DNA from: Bugula neritina
Taxonomy: Eukaryota > Animalia > Bryozoa
Assembly: GCA_964035545.1 (NCBI GenBank)
Contig: OZ037767.1
Location: 31,946,628-32,010,627 of the forward strand
Direction: 5' to 3'
Length of the DNA stretch: 64,000 nt
Of the stretch, positions 62,701 through 64,000 are shown piece after piece. The translations under genes and the position numbers were made by a program. Each line of letters begins with the position of its first letter. The first letter of the stretch is position 1. Under the pieces are notes generated by a model. It had not been told where the DNA came from. It saw nothing but the letters and a program-made list of their open reading frames with translations, and did no database searches.

Positions 62701-63810
62701 AGAAAAGAGAAGACACCAAACCGGTCAACATGTGTGATATTATAATAAAGATCAAGTTGTGAGAGAAATACAGAAACGTTACCAGAAATCTTTTGTGGAT
62801 TATCATAATGAACTTCCATCATGAAGAATGCTGGAGATTGCTGGTCATCTGTTCCTATTGGAAACCCCGCCTCTGGTGGAAGGTGGAACTTCTACAACAA
62901 TTCATTGCAAATATTCCTTCCGTGTTGTACTTACCAGCTTATAAACTGCATACTGTATCGTGCTGTTGTGTTATACACTTGTACCTTGCTGTTGTGTTAT
63001 ACACTTGTACCTTGCTGTTGTGTTATACACTTGTACCTTGCTGTTGTGTTATACACTTGTACCTTGCTGTTGTGTTATACACTTGTACCTTGCTGTTGTG
63101 CTATACACTTGTACCTTGCTGTTGTGTTATACACTTGTACCTTGCCGTTGTGTTATACACTTGTACCTTGCTGTTGTGTTATACACTTGTACCTTGCCGT
63201 TGTGTTATACACTTGTACCTTGCTGTTGTGCTATACACTTGTACCTTGCTGTTGTGTTATACACTTGTACCTTGCCGTTGTGTTATACACTTGTACCTTG
63301 CTGTTGTGTTATACACTTGTACCTTGCCGTTGTGTTATACACTTGCAGTACCTTGCTGTTGTGTTATACACTTGTACCTTGCTGTTGTGTTATACACTTG
63401 TACCTTGCTGTTGTGTTATACACTTGTACCTTGCTGTTGTGCTATACACTTGTACCTTGCTGTTGTGTTATACACTTGTACCTTGCCGTTGTGTTATACA
63501 CTTGTACCTTGCTGTTGTGTTATACACTTGTACCTTGCTGTTGTGTGATACACTTGTACCTTGCTCTAACTTATACTATGTTTGAGATACAACAGAGGTC
63601 ATGACCTTACCGTGGCTCCAACAGCCCAGCCAAAGGTCACAGATCTGCACGAATCAGCGAACCCCGGCATCTCGTTTGTGTAGCACTCTCCCTGAGTCTT
63701 GTCGCTATCTTTGAGATGAGCCTTGGTGACATCATAGCAGCCGTAGAGGAGAATGTGATGCACGAATGCCTCGTGACCTTTTTGTATGACTGGCTCATAC
63801 TGTGGATACA
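59784..63810 (-). CDS. MOXD1: DBH-like monooxygenase (MOXD1-like), 3' portion; the gene continues beyond the window
   Basis: HEAFVHHILL, FGWAVGAT, FHLPPEAGFPIG, MEVHYDNP, DSSGLRMTYTPTLRPNDMG, HSHLIG, YDFNYQE, GGLATEEEMCLAFFFYYP, hydrophobic C-terminus (GPI or TM); approximate exons 63810-63611, 62892-62783, 62553-62391, 61904-61720, 61408-61347, 61196-61050, 60180-60041, 59987-59784. Confidence 0.9.
60290..61049. repeat. 24-bp minisatellite (CACACACTACATAGTACATCTTGT), about 31 copies, starting at a MOXD1 donor, with a 240-bp higher-order period
   Basis: The variant ATAATACCTCATG recurs at about 60525, 60765 and 61005. Confidence 0.95.
61901..62069. repeat. 24-27 bp repeat copying a MOXD1 acceptor and exon start (minus strand), about 7 copies
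   Basis: Minus strand TGCCTGTTCTCT...TACAG|TGGG. Confidence 0.88.
62960..63566. repeat. 26-bp minisatellite (TTGCTGTTGTGTTATACACTTGTACC), about 23 copies, in a MOXD1 intron
   Basis: Directly visible. Confidence 0.96.
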
Positions 63811-64000
63811 GGATACGGGTTCAAAGTTCATAGTTCAAATATAAGTTTGTGTTGTTAGTTTAAATTATAGTATGCATATTTATTTGTGAGTATAAAGTAT
63901 TGTCAATATTGCACTTTCCAGAACTTACAGCAACTATGTGGTGCTTCCTGTCTATTTCTGGAAGGAAGTGGAATGAGCAGAAGTAGGAAGTAGATTTAGC

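Noticed and set aside
60228-63604. Long repeat-derived ORFs in MOXD1 introns
   Set aside because: Translations of the 24-bp and 26-bp minisatellites.
45039-63810. Possible metal/cofactor gene cluster (SCO1, HLCS, JmjC, MOXD1)
   Set aside because: Different compartments and pathways; adjacency in a gene-dense animal genome is most likely coincidental.
1-64000. CRISPR-like arrays (23-55 bp repeats)
   Set aside because: No unique spacers, no cas genes, and a eukaryotic intron-containing context.
1-64000. tRNA, rRNA or snRNA genes and U12-type introns
   Set aside because: None recognised by eye; all introns I resolved are GT-AG without a GTATCCT donor. A covariance-model search would be needed to exclude small RNAs.

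Overview
This is AT-rich metazoan (invertebrate-type) nuclear DNA with GT-AG spliceosomal introns, not prokaryotic sequence. Manual exon joining gives nine protein-coding genes: a coiled-coil + death-domain protein (+), an ENPP4/5-like ecto-phosphodiesterase (+), CEP104 (+), a small SUEL-lectin-like type I membrane protein (+), YJU2B/CCDC130 (-), NEMP1 (+), SCO1 (+), HLCS/biotin-protein ligase (-), and a JmjC + EF-hand protein with signal peptide and HDEL (+). The 3' part of a MOXD1/DBH-like monooxygenase (-) runs off the window end. One full-length but degenerate Tc1/mariner element sits in a CEP104 intron. The most striking feature is more than 40 unrelated minisatellites (about 13-55 bp units), mainly in introns and 3' UTRs. 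Many are anchored at exon/intron junctions so that the repeat unit copies the real splice donor or acceptor, often with exon bases, creating ladders of 3 to about 64 decoy splice sites. Almost all long ORFs in the supplied track are artefacts of these repeats. Exon coordinates were derived by eye and may be off by a few bases.
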